DNA from: Chiloscyllium plagiosum
Lineage: Eukaryota
DNA length: 64,000 nt
Direction of reading: 5' to 3'
Assembly (NCBI RefSeq): GCF_004010195.1
Contig: NC_057749.1
Span: forward strand, 21,070,854-21,134,853
Shown: positions 14,101 through 28,378 of the stretch, one piece after another
How the letters are laid out: the number at the start of each line of letters is the position of its first letter
Numbering within the stretch: position 1 is the stretch's first letter
Notes under the pieces: model-generated
The model's database searches: none
Seen by the model: the letters and a program-made list of their open reading frames with translations, nothing else
Told to the model about the DNA's origin: nothing
Made by a program: the position numbers and the translations under genes

Positions 14101-17100
14101 CTTTTCCAGCAACACATTTTCAACTTTGTCTATTTACCTGATCCATACCCCTCATGATTTTATAAACCTCTGTAAGGTCACCCCTCAGCCTCCGACGCTC
14201 CAGGGAAAACAGCCCCAGCCTGTTCAGCCTCTCCCTATAGCTCAAATCCTCCAACCCTGGCAACATCCTTGTAAATCTTTTCTGAAACCCCTTTTAAGTT
14301 TCACAACATCCTTCCGACAGGAAGGAAACCAGAATTGCACGCAATATTCCAAAAGCGGCCTAACCTTTTCCTGAATTTAAACAATAAAAATCTTTTGATG
14401 AAGTACCCAATATAGATGAATAAAGAAGATCAGAGAGTAGGGAATGAGAGGTAGGAGAATGCAGAGGGAGTTTCAGAACAGACAGCCGATACTGGGAAAG
14501 TGTTGTCTCGCCAAAGTCAGAACTGGCACTCCAGCTGATCAACCAAATCGACTGTGGCATCACTAGGGCTGTTGTGGTGCAGGGTGGTAGTGTCCCTACC
14601 TCTTAGCTTGGTTCAAATCCCACCCGCTCCAGAGATATGCAATAACATCTCTGAACTGGTTGATCAGAAAATATCTATGAGGTGGAGATGCCAGTGTTGG
14701 ACTGGGGAGGACAAATTCAAAGGTCACACAGTTCAACGGGTTTATTTGAAATCACAAGCTTTCAGAGCGCTGCTCCTTCATCAGGCAAAAAAAAAAATCC
14801 AGACTGTGGAATAAAAAACGCTATTTCCGCACTGGTAGGTGATTCTAACATTTGGAGTGAGATGCACAGGGGGTGGGAACAGTATCGATAGTCAACACAA
14901 CAGGATGGAAACAAATTACAGGAAGACATTAACAGACTGGAAGTGGGTTTGGCAAATGAGTTTAAACATTGATAAAGCACAGTTAATATTCGAGGTGAGG
15001 GAAATAGGGGGATTGCCCCCTATCTCAGGGGATAATTCAAAAGTAAAGGCTATCCTTTAACTGCAAAAATGATATCTCAAGCTAGCTTAAAGGTGATTGT
15101 TTTCCTGCTAAAATAAGCAAAGATTGGCTTTCTGAACTAACTCGAAAATATAGAGTTTTGAGAGACAAGAGCAGCTACAAAACCAATGCAGCCAGCAATG
15201 TCCCCATGACAACCGCTGATAAACAAAGGAAGCATTACCGGATTTGATAAAATGAACTTTGATCTTCGCCCAGTCGCTGAATACACATTCGTTCTGCTGA
15301 TCGTGCACTCGGCACACGTAGACCGCACTCCTTTTCTCATTAACGGGCAGTACCGACTGAACAGCTCCAGCAATCTGTAACCAACGAGAAAACCAGGCTT
15401 AAACAGAGGTCCTTCTCAGACTGACTCCCAATACCATCAACATACTGAGGTGAGGAGGAATCTCTTCACTCAGGGAGTGGTGAACCTGTGAAGTCACTCC
15501 CACAGAAAGCGGTTGAGGTCAAAGCATTGAATGTTTTCACAAACGAATTAGAGTCCTTACAGCAAAAGTAATCAAAAGGCAGGGGGAGAAAGCGGGGACA
15601 GGGGACGGTGTTGGATGATCAGCAATGAACACATCGAAAGATGGAACAGGCTCAAAGGGCCGAATGGCCTACTCCAGTTTCGATTGGAGGTAAAGGTAGT
15701 GGCAATGACACTGGCCTTGTAATCCAGAACTCTAACGTAATGTTCTTGGGTTATGAGCTCAAATCCCAACATGGCAGATGGGGAAATTTGAATTCGATAA
15801 ACATCTGGAGTAAATCTCTGTTCCAATACTGACCATGTAAACAATGTCAACTGTTGTAAAAAAAACCCCATCCGGTTCTCACTGATATCCTTTCGAGAAG
15901 GAAATCTGTCATGTTTAGCTGGTCTGGCCCATTCCAGAACCACAGCAGTGTGGGTGACTCCTAACGGCACTGTGAGGCAATTAGGAATGGGCAATAAATG
16001 CTGTTCTAGTCAGCGTCACTCTCATTCCGTGAATGAGTTTTAAAAATTGATGTACACAAGAGCCTTTTAATGGACCAGGAGAATGGGCCAGACTCCAAGG
16101 GTTGCTGAGGTGTATTGAGCAGAGTAGTTGGGATGTCATGTTATGGCCGTACAGGACATTGGTGAGGCCACTTTTAGAATGCTGTGCCCAATTCTGGTCT
16201 CCCTGCTACAGGAAAGATGTTGTTAAACTTGAAATGCAGAAAAGATTTACAAGGATGTTGCCAGGATTGGAGGATTTGAGCTATAGGGAAAGGTTGAATA
16301 GGCTGGAACTGTTTTGCCTGCAGCGTCGGAGGCTGAGGGGTGACCTTATAGAGGTTTACAAAATTATGAGGGGTATGAGTCACCGTGTTGCCACTCATAC
16401 GCACAGACAGAGAGTAAGAAAGAGAGACATATTCACTCTGAAAGAGACAGAGCAGGAGAGAGAGAGAAAACGAAAGGGAGTGGGGCAGAGAGATTGAGAG
16501 AGAGAAAGAGGAGGGGTGGGGGGACAGAGAGAAAGAAATCAAGAAAAAGCAACAGAGCAAGCGAGAATGAGAGTGTGAGAGACAAACAGCATGACGACTA
16601 GACATCTCAAAGCACTCTACGGCCAATCAACTACTATAGAAGTGCAGTCATTGTTGTAATGTGGAAACCATTGGCTGGAATGGACTATTCAGTCATTTAA
16701 CAATGGTGGATGGATGGGTGAACAGATAGGCAGCTGGGACCAATGTTTGGGATTCCCATCCAATCTCAGTGACCAGTCCCACCTCCGGTGGGTGCAGGGA
16801 GTGAGAGCACAGTCTGCACCCCGGCTCCGATAGCTCCACTTGGCATCCCGTAGATCCAAAGACCCTCCAGTCTCTGTGTGGGTGGGGCCAGCTCTGCCAG
16901 CTCCTCTGCCTCACTGCTCGTCAAAGGGGTCGTGAACCATTCTGGAACCTTCCAAAAGGTACATTCAGAAGGTCTCACCCGTACCCCTAAGACCTTTCCA
17001 TGCCACTGAAAAAGAACTGGGGTAGGCGATGGCCTAGAGGTATTATCACTCAACTGTTAATCCAGAAAGCCTGGGGACCTGGGTTCAAATCCTGCCATGG

Positions 17101-20100
17101 CAGATGTGGGAACTGGAATTCAATAAGAATTTAATGATGACCAAGAATCCATTCTTGAAAAGAACAATCTGCTTCAGTAATGTCCTTTAGGGAAGGAAAC
17201 TGCCATCCTTACCCAGTCTGACCTACATGTGACTCCATCAATGTAGTTGATTCTTAACTGCTTTCTGGGCAATTAGGGATGGGCAATAAATGCTGGCCTC
17301 AGTAGCAACACCCACATTCTGTGAATGAATTTTAAAAACTCCCTCATTTAACTCTGTGCAAACTCATGGCTCCTTAAGGGTCCCATGATCATTCCTGCCC
17401 ATCCACCCAGTTTACATCATGGGCAGAACCAATGAGACCCACCATGACAATGGCATGTACCAAATCGCCCCTCCTCAGACACTCAGACAGCACACTGTAC
17501 TGGTTCGTTTGAGTGAAACTTGAGATGATCCAGGCTTCATGTCAACGAGACTGACCCTTGACCTCAGAGTTAAAAACAAATCAGTGACTCGTTACAGGCT
17601 TTATAATACTTGCCTCTTGTGCTCAATGCAGTAATCAGAAAAAGAAACTTAGAATGGCTGAAAACCCCCTTTCAGTGATAATAGGTTTCTGTTAATATTC
17701 AGTTCCTTGTGTGAATCAGACAGATACAGAACTGTGAGTCATACTGCACTTAAATTAGATTGAGGTTGAAATCCACAAAGAATCTGTTCTACCTTCACCA
17801 GTCTGAGGTCCGGGAGGTGAGCGATTCCCCCTAGCCATCAATTAATGTGGAAAAATCTAACTTATTCATGCATTCGGTGAAGGGTTTTAGATTACACACA
17901 GAGGCACAATTGCATTGTGAAACGACGTGAGTAGCGTCAGCACAATCATTGCTCAAAGGGTTGAATATTCCCATCAGGACAAGATTTGGGATTATGGTTT
18001 CCCACTACAGTCACTTTATAAGACATCTGTGTTATCATTGAACACTGATATTGTTACTTGGAATCATGGTGCAGCCCTGTGCAATTGCACAGATCCTTAG
18101 TGACTCTACACCTGGGATACTGAGTGTAATTTTAGTCTCTCTATTGAAGGAAAGATGTTCTGGTGACGGAGAGAGTGGGAAGGTTTATCAGATTGAATTG
18201 AATTGAATTGAATTTATTGTCCTGTGTACCGAGGGACAGTGAAAAGGCTTTGTCTTGCGAGCAATACAGGCAGATCACAGAGTTAGGGAGCATAAATAAG
18301 TAAATAATAGGTAAACAGCGGCAAAAACAAAAACACAGGTACAGGCGAATGGTGAGAGTTTGAGAGTCCATTCAGTATTCTAACAGTTTCAAAACCAGCT
18401 GGAACAGCAGGACTCACGTATGAAGGGAGACTGGAATGGTTAGCACTACATTCACTAAATGAGGGGATCTCACAGAAACCTATATGCAATATCCCAACAG
18501 GACTAGACAGGGTAAACACAGGAAGAATGTCCTTGATGACCAGGAAGTCCAGTACCGGGGATCACAGTCTAAAGATGTGAGGCAGGCTAGTTAGAACTGA
18601 GAGAGAAGATATGTTTTCACCCAAAGATTAGTGAGCCTGTGGAATTCTCTGATTGAGGAATTTTAAAGGGGCAGCACGGTGGCTCAGTGGTTAGCAATGC
18701 TGCCTCACAGCGCCAGGGACCTGGGTTCAATTTCCACCTCAGGCGACTGACTGTGTGGAGTTTGCATGTTCCCACTGTGACTGCGTGGGTTTCCTCCGGG
18801 TGCTCCGGTTTCCTCCCACAGTCCAAAAGATGTGCAGGTCAGGTGAATTGGCCACGCTAAATTGCCCGTAGTGTTAGGTGGATTAGTGTTAGGGGTAAAT
18901 ATAGGGGGGGGTGGACTTGTTGGGCCGAAGGGCCTGTTTCCACACTGTGGCTAATCTAAAAAACAGTGGAGGTCAAAACATTGAATATTTTCAAGAAGCC
19001 TTGCCTTCCAAATAAACCTGTTGGACAATAACCAGGTGTTGTGTGGTTTTTAACGTTTTCAAGAAGCAGTTAGATTTCACTGATAGGGTTAATCAAAGGG
19101 TAGTGGGGGAGAAAGCAGGGACAGTGTACTTCATTGGCTATCATATTGAATGGCATGGCAGGCTTGAAGGGCTGAATGGCCTATTCCTGCTTCTATTTTC
19201 TACATTTTTACTCTAATTGTTATGATTTAAATCAGGTGTCAGAACCCAAAGTCAGGTAACAAACTCTGAGCCAGTAAGGGCTGCCTTGTATTACAGTACT
19301 CTGAAGGTTCTCACTGAGGGGGTCAGGACAATTTTCAGGCCCTGAGTGGGAGAACATTTGGGAAGCACTGATTAAAACAGTACGTGATTTTGCCTGAATG
19401 GGGTATTGCTGAGGTTCAACTTAAAGGGAACAATCCTGCATTGGTATGGTAGCTTTCACATTCTCAGAAAGTCCCAATCCTTCACAGTCCCAACAGGATG
19501 TTTTGAAGTGCGGTCAGAATTGTGATAGAGCTGAAAATGTGTTGCTGGAAAAGCGCACCAGGTCAGGCAGCATCCAAGGAGCAGGAGAATCGACGTTTCG
19601 GGCATGAGCCTGCTCTTTGGATGCTGCTTGACCTGCTGCGCTTTTCCAGCAACACATTTTCAGCTCTGATCTCCAGCATCTGCAGTCCTCACTTTCTCCT
19701 CAAAGAATTGTGATTCATTCATACTACATGGAAACAGACCCTTCGGTCCAACAAAATCCATATCAACCTGAATCCCAAAGTAAACTGGCCCCACCTGTCT
19801 ACGCCTGGCCTATATCGCTCCATTTCCTATTCACGTACTTACCCAAATGTCTGATAAACGTTCCAACTGTACCCGCACCCACCATTTCCACTCAAAGTTC
19901 ATTCCACACATGCACCACCCTCTATGTCAAAGAAGTGCCAGTCATGTCTTCTTTAAATCTTTCTCCTCTCATCTTAAAAACATAGCCCGTAATAATGAAC
20001 TCCCCCACCCTACAGTCATCGAGCACGGAGACAGGCCCTTTGCCCCTAACTGGTCCGTGCTGACCAAAATGTCCATCCACACTAACCCCATTTCCCTGTA

Positions 20101-23100
20101 CTTGGCCCATATCCTTCTAATCGTTTCCTATTCATATATTTGTCCAAATGCCTTTTAAATGTTGTTAATGGACCCACCTCAACCACTTCCCTTGATTGCT
20201 TATTCCATTTGTGTACCACCCTCTGTGTAAAAAACGTTGCCCCTCAGGTTCCATTTTATTCTTTCCCCTCTAACCTTAAACTGGTGCCCTCTCGCCCTTG
20301 ATTCCCCAACCCTGGGAAAAAGACTGAGTGCACTCACCCTATCCATGCTCCTTATGATCTTAATCACTTCCATAAGATTCCCCCTCAGTCTCCTATGCTC
20401 TAAAGTTCAAAGTCTAGCTTGTCCAACCCTCTCCCTATAACTCAGACCCTTGAGTCTTGACACTATCCTTATAAATATCATCTGCACTCTTTTCTATTTA
20501 ATAACATCCTTCCTATAGCAAGGTTACCAAACCTGAACACTATATTCTCAGTGTGGCCTCACCAACGTCCTGCACAACTGCAATATAACTTCCCAACTTC
20601 TAGACTCAGTGCCCTGACTGATGAAGGCCAGTGTGCCAAAAGCCTCCTTCACTGCCCTGTCTACCTGTGGCTCCACTTTCAGGGGAACTGTGCTCCTGAA
20701 CTCCAAGGTCCCTCTGTTCCACTACACTCCTTAAGGCCCTACCATTCACCAAGAAACTCCTACCTTGATTTGACTTCCCAAAATGCAAGACCTCACATTT
20801 ATCTATATTAAACTCCATTTGCCATTTCTCGGCTCACTCTTCCAGCTGCTCAAGGTCTTGCCACAATTTCTGATAACCTTCCTCACTGTCCATAATGCAG
20901 CCTATTTTAGTGTCATAGCAAATTTATTAATCATGCCTTATACATTCTCATCCAAATCATTGATATAGATAACAAACAGATAACAAGGCCGAGCACCAAC
21001 CCTTGAGGGACTCCAATAGTTACAGGCCTCCAATCCAACCAGCATTCTTCCACTATTACTCTCTGCTTCCTATCATCAAGCCAATTTTGTATCCAATTTG
21101 CCAGCTTGCCCTGGATTCCATGTGATCTAACCTTCCAGAGCAGCCTACTATATGGAGCCTTATTAGGGCGGCACTGTGGCTCAGTGGTTAGCACTGCTGC
21201 CTCACAACACTAGGGTCCCAGGTTCGGTTCCAGCCTCGGGTGACTGTCTGTGTGGTGTTTGCACATTCTCCCCGTGTCTGCGTGGGTTTCCTTCGGGTGC
21301 TCCAGTTTCCTCAGGTGAATTGCCCATAGTGTTAGGTGCATTAGTCAGAGGGAAATGAGTCTGGGTGGGTTACTCTTTGGAGGGTTGGTGTGTACTTGTT
21401 GGGCTGAAGGGCCTGTTTCCACACTGTAGGGAATCGAATCTAATCTTAAAAAAAGGCCTTACTGAAATCCATATGGACTACATCAACCACCTTGCCCTCA
21501 TCAACCTTTCTGGTCACTTCATCAAAGAACTCTAATAAATTTCTGAGGCATGATCTCCAATGCACAAAGCTATGCTGACTACTCATAATCTAACCCTGTC
21601 TTTCCGAAGGCATGTATAATCTTATCCCTCAGAATCTTCTCATGTAACTTACCTATCACAGATATTAGACTTACTGGTCTATGCTTCTTAGGGAAAAGAC
21701 ACCTTCCATTCACCTTACCTATACCTCTCATGATTTTATAAACTTCTATAACCCCTCAACCTCCTACGCTCCANNNNNNNNNNNNNNNNNNNNNNNNNNN
21801 NNNNNNNNNNNNNNNNNNNNNNNNNNNNNNNNNNNNNNNNNNNNNNNNNNNNNNNNNNNNNNNNNNNNNNNNNNNNNNNNNNNNNNNNNNNNNNNNNNNN
21901 NNNNNNNNNNNNNNNNNNNNNNNNNNNNNNNNNNNNNNNNNNNNNNNNNNNNNNNNNNNNNNNNNNNNNNNNNNNNNNNNNNNNNNNNNNNNNNNNNNNN
22001 NNNNNNNNNNNNNNNNNNNNNNNNNNNNNNNNNNNNNNNNNNNNNNNNNNNNNNNNNNNNNNNNNNNNNNNNNNNNNNNNNNNNNNNNNNNNNNNNNNNN
22101 NNNNNNNNNNNNNNNNNNNNNNNNNNNNNNNNNNNNNNNNNNNNNNNNNNNNNNNNNNNNNNNNNNNNNNNNNNNNNNNNNNNNNNNNNNNNNNNNNNNN
22201 NNNNNNNNNNNNNNNNNNNNNNNNNNNNNNNNNNNNNNNNNNNNNNNNNNNNNNNNNNNNNNNNNNNNNNNNNTTTTGCACTTCTTATGCTGTGTACGAT
22301 TGGGTAGCTTGTGGTGTCCATGTAGCGCCCTCAGTCATTGTGATGTACAGCACAGAAACAGACCCTTCAGTCCAACCCGTCCATGTGCCAGCACCCGGCC
22401 CATATCCCTCCAAACCCTTCCTATTCATATACCCATCCAGATGCCTCTTCCTTTGTCTGTTCTACTCCCTTTTAAAATTGCTGTTGTTTTGACTTTTTTT
22501 TCCCCAAAGTTCCAAAACAATGCAACAGCATATAAAACAGTAATTGCTGCCCCTGGAATTCGAGGAAACCACCTCCAGCACCAAAAATACCTCAAAAAAA
22601 AGGAGACGCTGTTACAGGGAGAAATCTTTCTCGTCCTCCATCTTGGATTACCCAGAATCCTCCTGGAGAAACACTCTCGTTTTTACTGTTATCAGTTGCA
22701 TCAGGTAGAAATGACAAATAAAAAGCTACCCTATTCTACAAAGTCACCAGATACCCTGACAGGTCTGTCACTGTTCTGTACGCTAAATGCACATGGCATT
22801 GCACAGATTGATCTCTAAACTGTTAAACCCAATGCTTCTAACTGCAGTGCCATGTTGGCAGCATGGGTCAACACCGAGCCTGAAGATTACGGGTTCAAGC
22901 CCCACTCCAGAGGCTGGAATGCACAATCTGGGCTGACACTCCAGCGCAGTACTGAAGCAGTGCTGCAGGGTCAGCGGTACAGGCTTTCAAATGGTACATT
23001 AAGCTGTCTACACCCTCTCTCTCTCTGTCTACAGTCAAGAAAGCACACCAACACCTCCACTTCCTCAGAAGACGTGTGCACAATGACTCTTACCAATTCT

Positions 23101-26100
23101 TATAGATGCACCATAGAAAGCCTCCTATCCAGATGTATCACAGCTTGGTTACAGAGAGTTGTAAACACAGCCCAGTCCATCATGCAAACCAGCCCTCCGT
23201 CCATTAACTCCGTCCACACCTCCCACTGCCTCGGGAAAGAAGCCAACATCATCAAAGACCCCCTCCTACCCTGGTTATACTCCAGTTATTCCCCAGTTAT
23301 ACGCTCTTCCAGCTGGCAGAAGATACAAGAGTTTGAAAACACGTACCAACAGATTTAAGAACAGCTTCTTTCTTGCTGTTATCAATCTTATGAATGAACC
23401 TCTCATATATTAGCGAAGATCTTTCTCTGCATCTTCTCTGTAGCTGTAATACTATATTCTGCATTCTGTTCTATTTCCCTCATGTACTTATGTTAAGGTA
23501 TGATTAGCCTGGATAGGCACACAAAACAATACATTTCACTGTATCTGGGTACACGTGACAATAATAAATCAGAACAAATCCGCTGGGTATAAAAATCCTA
23601 TTGGGAAAAATGCCCGAAACGTTGATTCTCCTGCTCCTTGGATGCTGCCTGACCTGCGGCGCTTTTCCAGCAACACATTTTCAGCATAAAAATCCTATTC
23701 CCTCAATGGAGAAGGGGAGAGGAGATCTCCCTTGCTATTTATTCCTTGACCAATATCCCTGATTGTTACCATAATGCAGTTTATGGGAGTTTGTGGTGTA
23801 CATGTTCCCATGGTTACAATGGCAACGGCACTTTAACAATACTTTGGTTCGAAAGTGCTACAGGCCATCCCAAGGTCATGAAAGCCTGAGATGGAAATAC
23901 AAGTACTTTCATCAATCAAGCCTCTCTCAATACCTGACCGAGAAGCCAAGAACCTGCCCTTATCTCTGCTACTCTCCGATCAGACTCTGACAGCAGTACA
24001 GTGGTTCAGTGGTTAGCACTACTGCCTCACAGCACCGGGGACCCGGGTTCAATTCCACCTTCAGGCAGCTGTCTGTGTGGAGTTTGCACATTCTCCCTGT
24101 GTCTCCCACAGTCCAAAGCTGTTCAGGTTAGGTGGATGGGCCATGGAAAATTGCCCCCCACCCCCCACCGTGTCTAGGGATGTGCAGGTTAGATTGATTG
24201 GCTGTGAGAAATTGCTGCAGAGTGTCTAGGGATGTGCACAGGTGGGTTAGCCATGGGAAATGTTCCCGTAATGTCCAGGGATGTGCAGATTAGGTGGATT
24301 GGCAAAGGGAAATGTCCCCGTAATGTGCAGGTTATGTGGATTGGCCATGGGAAATGTGGGGTAATGGGGCTGGGTCAAAATGGGATGCTCTTTTGGAGGG
24401 TCAGTGCTGACTCGATGGGAAAATGGCCTCATTCTAACCTGTAGGGATTCTATGATCTAAAAACCTCAATTACATCTGAGTGAACTGGACATTGTGGGCG
24501 TCAGGATCTTTCACTTATTCAGGTTCCGTGTTACCAACTTACTGGATTGTCCTAGCGCACAGCCATAGATTTATTAATGCATATTGAAATAGTCTCTTTT
24601 CCAATAGTGTGTCCCACAGCCTTGTTGCTCTCTGTCACGTCATGAATACTAATCCACAGGCACTGCTGCACCTGACCATAAGATGTCACAGAAGTAGGCC
24701 ATTCAGCCCATTGAATCTCCTCCACCATCCAATGAGATTGTGCCTTTTCTCCATAATCCTTGAATCTCTCACCGACTCAAAACCTGTCTCTCTCAGCCTT
24801 GAATATACTTAATGACCCAGCCTCGACAGGCCTTTGCATTTCAGGTTTGCACAGATTCATTACCTTCCAGTGGAAGAAATTCCTCATTTGTCGTAAATGG
24901 GTGACCCCTTACTCTGACATTTACTCGATGCCTCAGGAACTCAGTAACTTTGGGAATGTTCTATTCAGAAGCGCAGCAGGTCAGGCAGCATCTAGGGAAC
25001 AGGAGAATCGACGTTTCGGGCATTAGCCCTCCTTCCTGAAGAAGGGCTAATGCCCGAAACGTCGAATTCCTCATTTGTCGTAAATGGGTGACCCCTTACT
25101 CTGACATTTACTCGATGCCTCAGGAACTCAGTAACTTTGGGAATGTTCTATTCAGACCCAATCAACCGGGTCAAAATTTTGGAATTCCCTCCCTAGGAGC
25201 ACTGTGGGTCTACCTACACTCCATGGACTGCAGTGGTACAAGGAGACAGCTCAACACCACCACTTCTGAACAGTGATTTGCGATGAGCAATAAATGCTGT
25301 GTGTCAAAAACACTGCCATCCCAGGAAAAGGGGAAAAAAAATTGAAACGGTTCTCTTAATTTTGGTTGTCAATTTTGGTTTGTGGTAATGGGTCGTTGTA
25401 AAACAGTGACTGTACCTCAAATGTGGTTCATAGATCGTGACACAAGTGGGTGTGTCCGAACGATATCAAATGAATTGAAACTTTATTTTAAATGCATAAC
25501 ATCCTGATCCACATAAACCAGAGTAGCTAACCACCCCCACCTTATACATTGAGGTAAAGAAATGGGTCAAGGCTATGAGTAACCATGGTGTCATTGGGAA
25601 ATTCCACTCAACATGGATCTGAGGTGGAGCCTACATGTTGGAAGAAAATGGGGTCAAAAGGAACTGACCAGCTGGGGAGTAACACCAGGACTTCGAAATA
25701 AAGTACAAACACGATGCCAATTAATCCTCTCAGTGATCCAGCTGATGCGTCTGGTGTGGAAGATCATCTCAGCCACCATCTTGTTGAATGGTGAGGTAGG
25801 CCGAATGGTATAATCCTAACTCGTGGGGCTGTACAAGAACCTCCTTGCAGCAGAGGGGAAAACCTGAAGTTTGCACAACGGTTTGGGATAAAGGAGGAAG
25901 AAAGCTCCCAAAGACAAGGCGGACAGACACAAGACTTTGGCAAGAAACAAGAGAAGAAAATTTTCTTTACTCGGTGTGCATGTGGGTGACAGCTGCAGGG
26001 ACAATGAATGGCTTCACAGGGAAATTGGGCAGCACGGTGGCACACTGGTTAGCGCTGCTGCCTCACAACGCCAGAGACCTGGGTTCAATTCCCGTCTCAG

Positions 26101-28297
26101 GCGACTGACTGTGTGGAGTTTGCACATTCTCCCCGAGTCTGCGTGGGTCCGGGTGCTCCGGTTTCCTCCCACAGTCCAAAGATGTGCAGGTTAGGTGAAT
26201 TGGCCGTGCTAAATAGCCCGTAGTGTTAGGTGAAGGGGTATATGTAGGGGAATGGGTCTGGGTGGGTTGTGCTTCGGCGGGTCGGTGTGGACTTGTTGGG
26301 CTGAAGGGCCTGTTTCCACACTGTCAGTAATCTAATGTGATGTGAGGGAAATGGTGGGCGAGGAGAGGGGATGCTGAACTTGGAGAAGCTGCTTCTCAGC
26401 TGGGCTATTGGCCACAGTCCTCTTGGTAAACAGGATCGATATGCATTGGAGTGTAGAGGTTTACAAGAATGGTCCCAGGGATGAGGAATGTCAGCGATGA
26501 GGGTCCTCTCCCCTTGAAGAGAAGGCAGCTGAGAGGAGACCTCATTGAGGTTTTCAAAATCAGAAGTGGGCTGGATAGATAGGGAGAAATTGTTCTTTGT
26601 TTGAAAAAAAAGAACAGGAACTAGAGGGCACAGATTTAAAGTGATTCGCCAAAGGTTCAAATGTAGCGAGAGAGAAACTTTTCTCTCACAGGATTAATTC
26701 CCCGACCAGGTCACCACGAAAATCCCACCATCCCAACCTCTCCCCTCACCTGAGGCCATTCCTTCATCATTGCTGGGTCAACGTTCGGGAATTTCCTCCC
26801 TCAGGGCATTGGGGTCAACCCACAGCACATGGACTGCAGCAGTTCAAGAAGGCAGCTCACCCCCACCTTCTCAAGGGGCAACTAGGGATGGGTAATAAAT
26901 GCTGGCCCAACCAGCGACACCCATGTCCCATGAACGAAGTAATATAGACATACAGGCCAGACCCAGAGACATGGCAGTAATAGACATACAGACCAGACCC
27001 AGAGTCATGGCAGTAATATAGACATATAGGCCAGACCCAGAGACATGGCAGTAATATAGACATACAGGCCAGACCCAGAGACATGGCAGTAATATAGACA
27101 TACAGGCCAGACCCAGGGACATGGCAGTAATATAGACATACAGGCCAGACCCAGGGACATGGCAGTAATATAGACATACAGGCCAGACCCAGGGACATGG
27201 CAGTAATATAGACATACAGGCCAGACCCAGGGACATGGCAGTAATATAGACATACAGGCCAGACCCAGAGACATGGCAGTAATATAGACATACAGGCCAG
27301 ACCCAGAGACATGGCAGTAATATAGACATACAGGCCAGACCCAGAGACATGGCAGTAATATAGACATACAGGCCAGACCCAGAGACATGGCAGTAATATA
27401 GACATACAGGCCAGACCCAGAGACATGGCAGTAATATAGACATACAGGCCAGACCCAGAGACATGGCAGTAATATAGACATACAGGCCAGACCCAGAGAC
27501 ATGGCAGTAATATAGACATACAGGCCAGACCCAGAGACATGGCAGTAATATAGACATACAGGCCAGACCCAGAGACATGGCAGTAATATAGACATACAGG
27601 CCAGACCCAGAGAGAACGAAGTAATATAGACATACAGGCCAGACCCAGAGACATGGCAGTAATATAGACATATAGGCCAGACCCAGAGACATGGCAGTAA
27701 TATAGACATACAGGCCAGACCCAGAGACATGGCAGTAATATAGACATACAGGCCAGACCCAAAGACATGGCAGTAATATAGACATACAGGCCAGACCCAG
27801 AGACACGGCAGTAATATAGACATACAGGCCAGACCCAGAGACATGGCAGATTTTCTTTTCATGGGATATTCATGATCCAGGTGGAGGGAGCACTGGTAAC
27901 ACACACATGTGCAGACCCTCGGAGGTCCCACACACTGTAACTGGCACTGGCCCACCAATCATATGGACTTCCAGTTCCAGAAGGTGTTACTGTGCATGGA
28001 CCTCAGAGGCACATGCAGCCTGGAAGACAATAAGAGGGAACACCGGGTTTTATGACACTGGTCAATGTTAGAATAAGGCCTGTTTTTGTCAGTTTCAAAC
28101 CTTTTATTGAATTCAAATTTCAGTATCTGTCATGGTGCGATTCGAACCCATTTCCGCACACCACTAGCCTGGAGCTCCAGATTAGTCGCTCACTACACAA
28201 TGCCACCAAAATGTGTGGTGCTGGAAAAGGACAGCAAGCCAGGCAGCATCGAAGGAGCAGGAGATGTAGGAATGACAGGAATCTTCTCACACACACC

Positions 28298-28334
<37 letters not shown>

Positions 28335-28347
28335 TCACACACACACA

Positions 28348-28378
<31 letters not shown>

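Noticed and set aside
18668..18745. tRNA-like sequences with A and B boxes (many copies)
   Set aside because: These are heads of HE1 and family-B SINEs continuing into SINE bodies, not tRNA genes.
21681..22321. ORFs spanning poly-X
   Set aside because: They run through the 500-N assembly gap; the same applies to 49272-49852.
26857..27958. Three 300+ aa minus-strand ORFs and a CRISPR-like periodicity
   Set aside because: These are artefacts of a stop-free 38-bp tandem repeat read in all frames. Units abut with no unique spacers, there are no cas genes, and the context is vertebrate.
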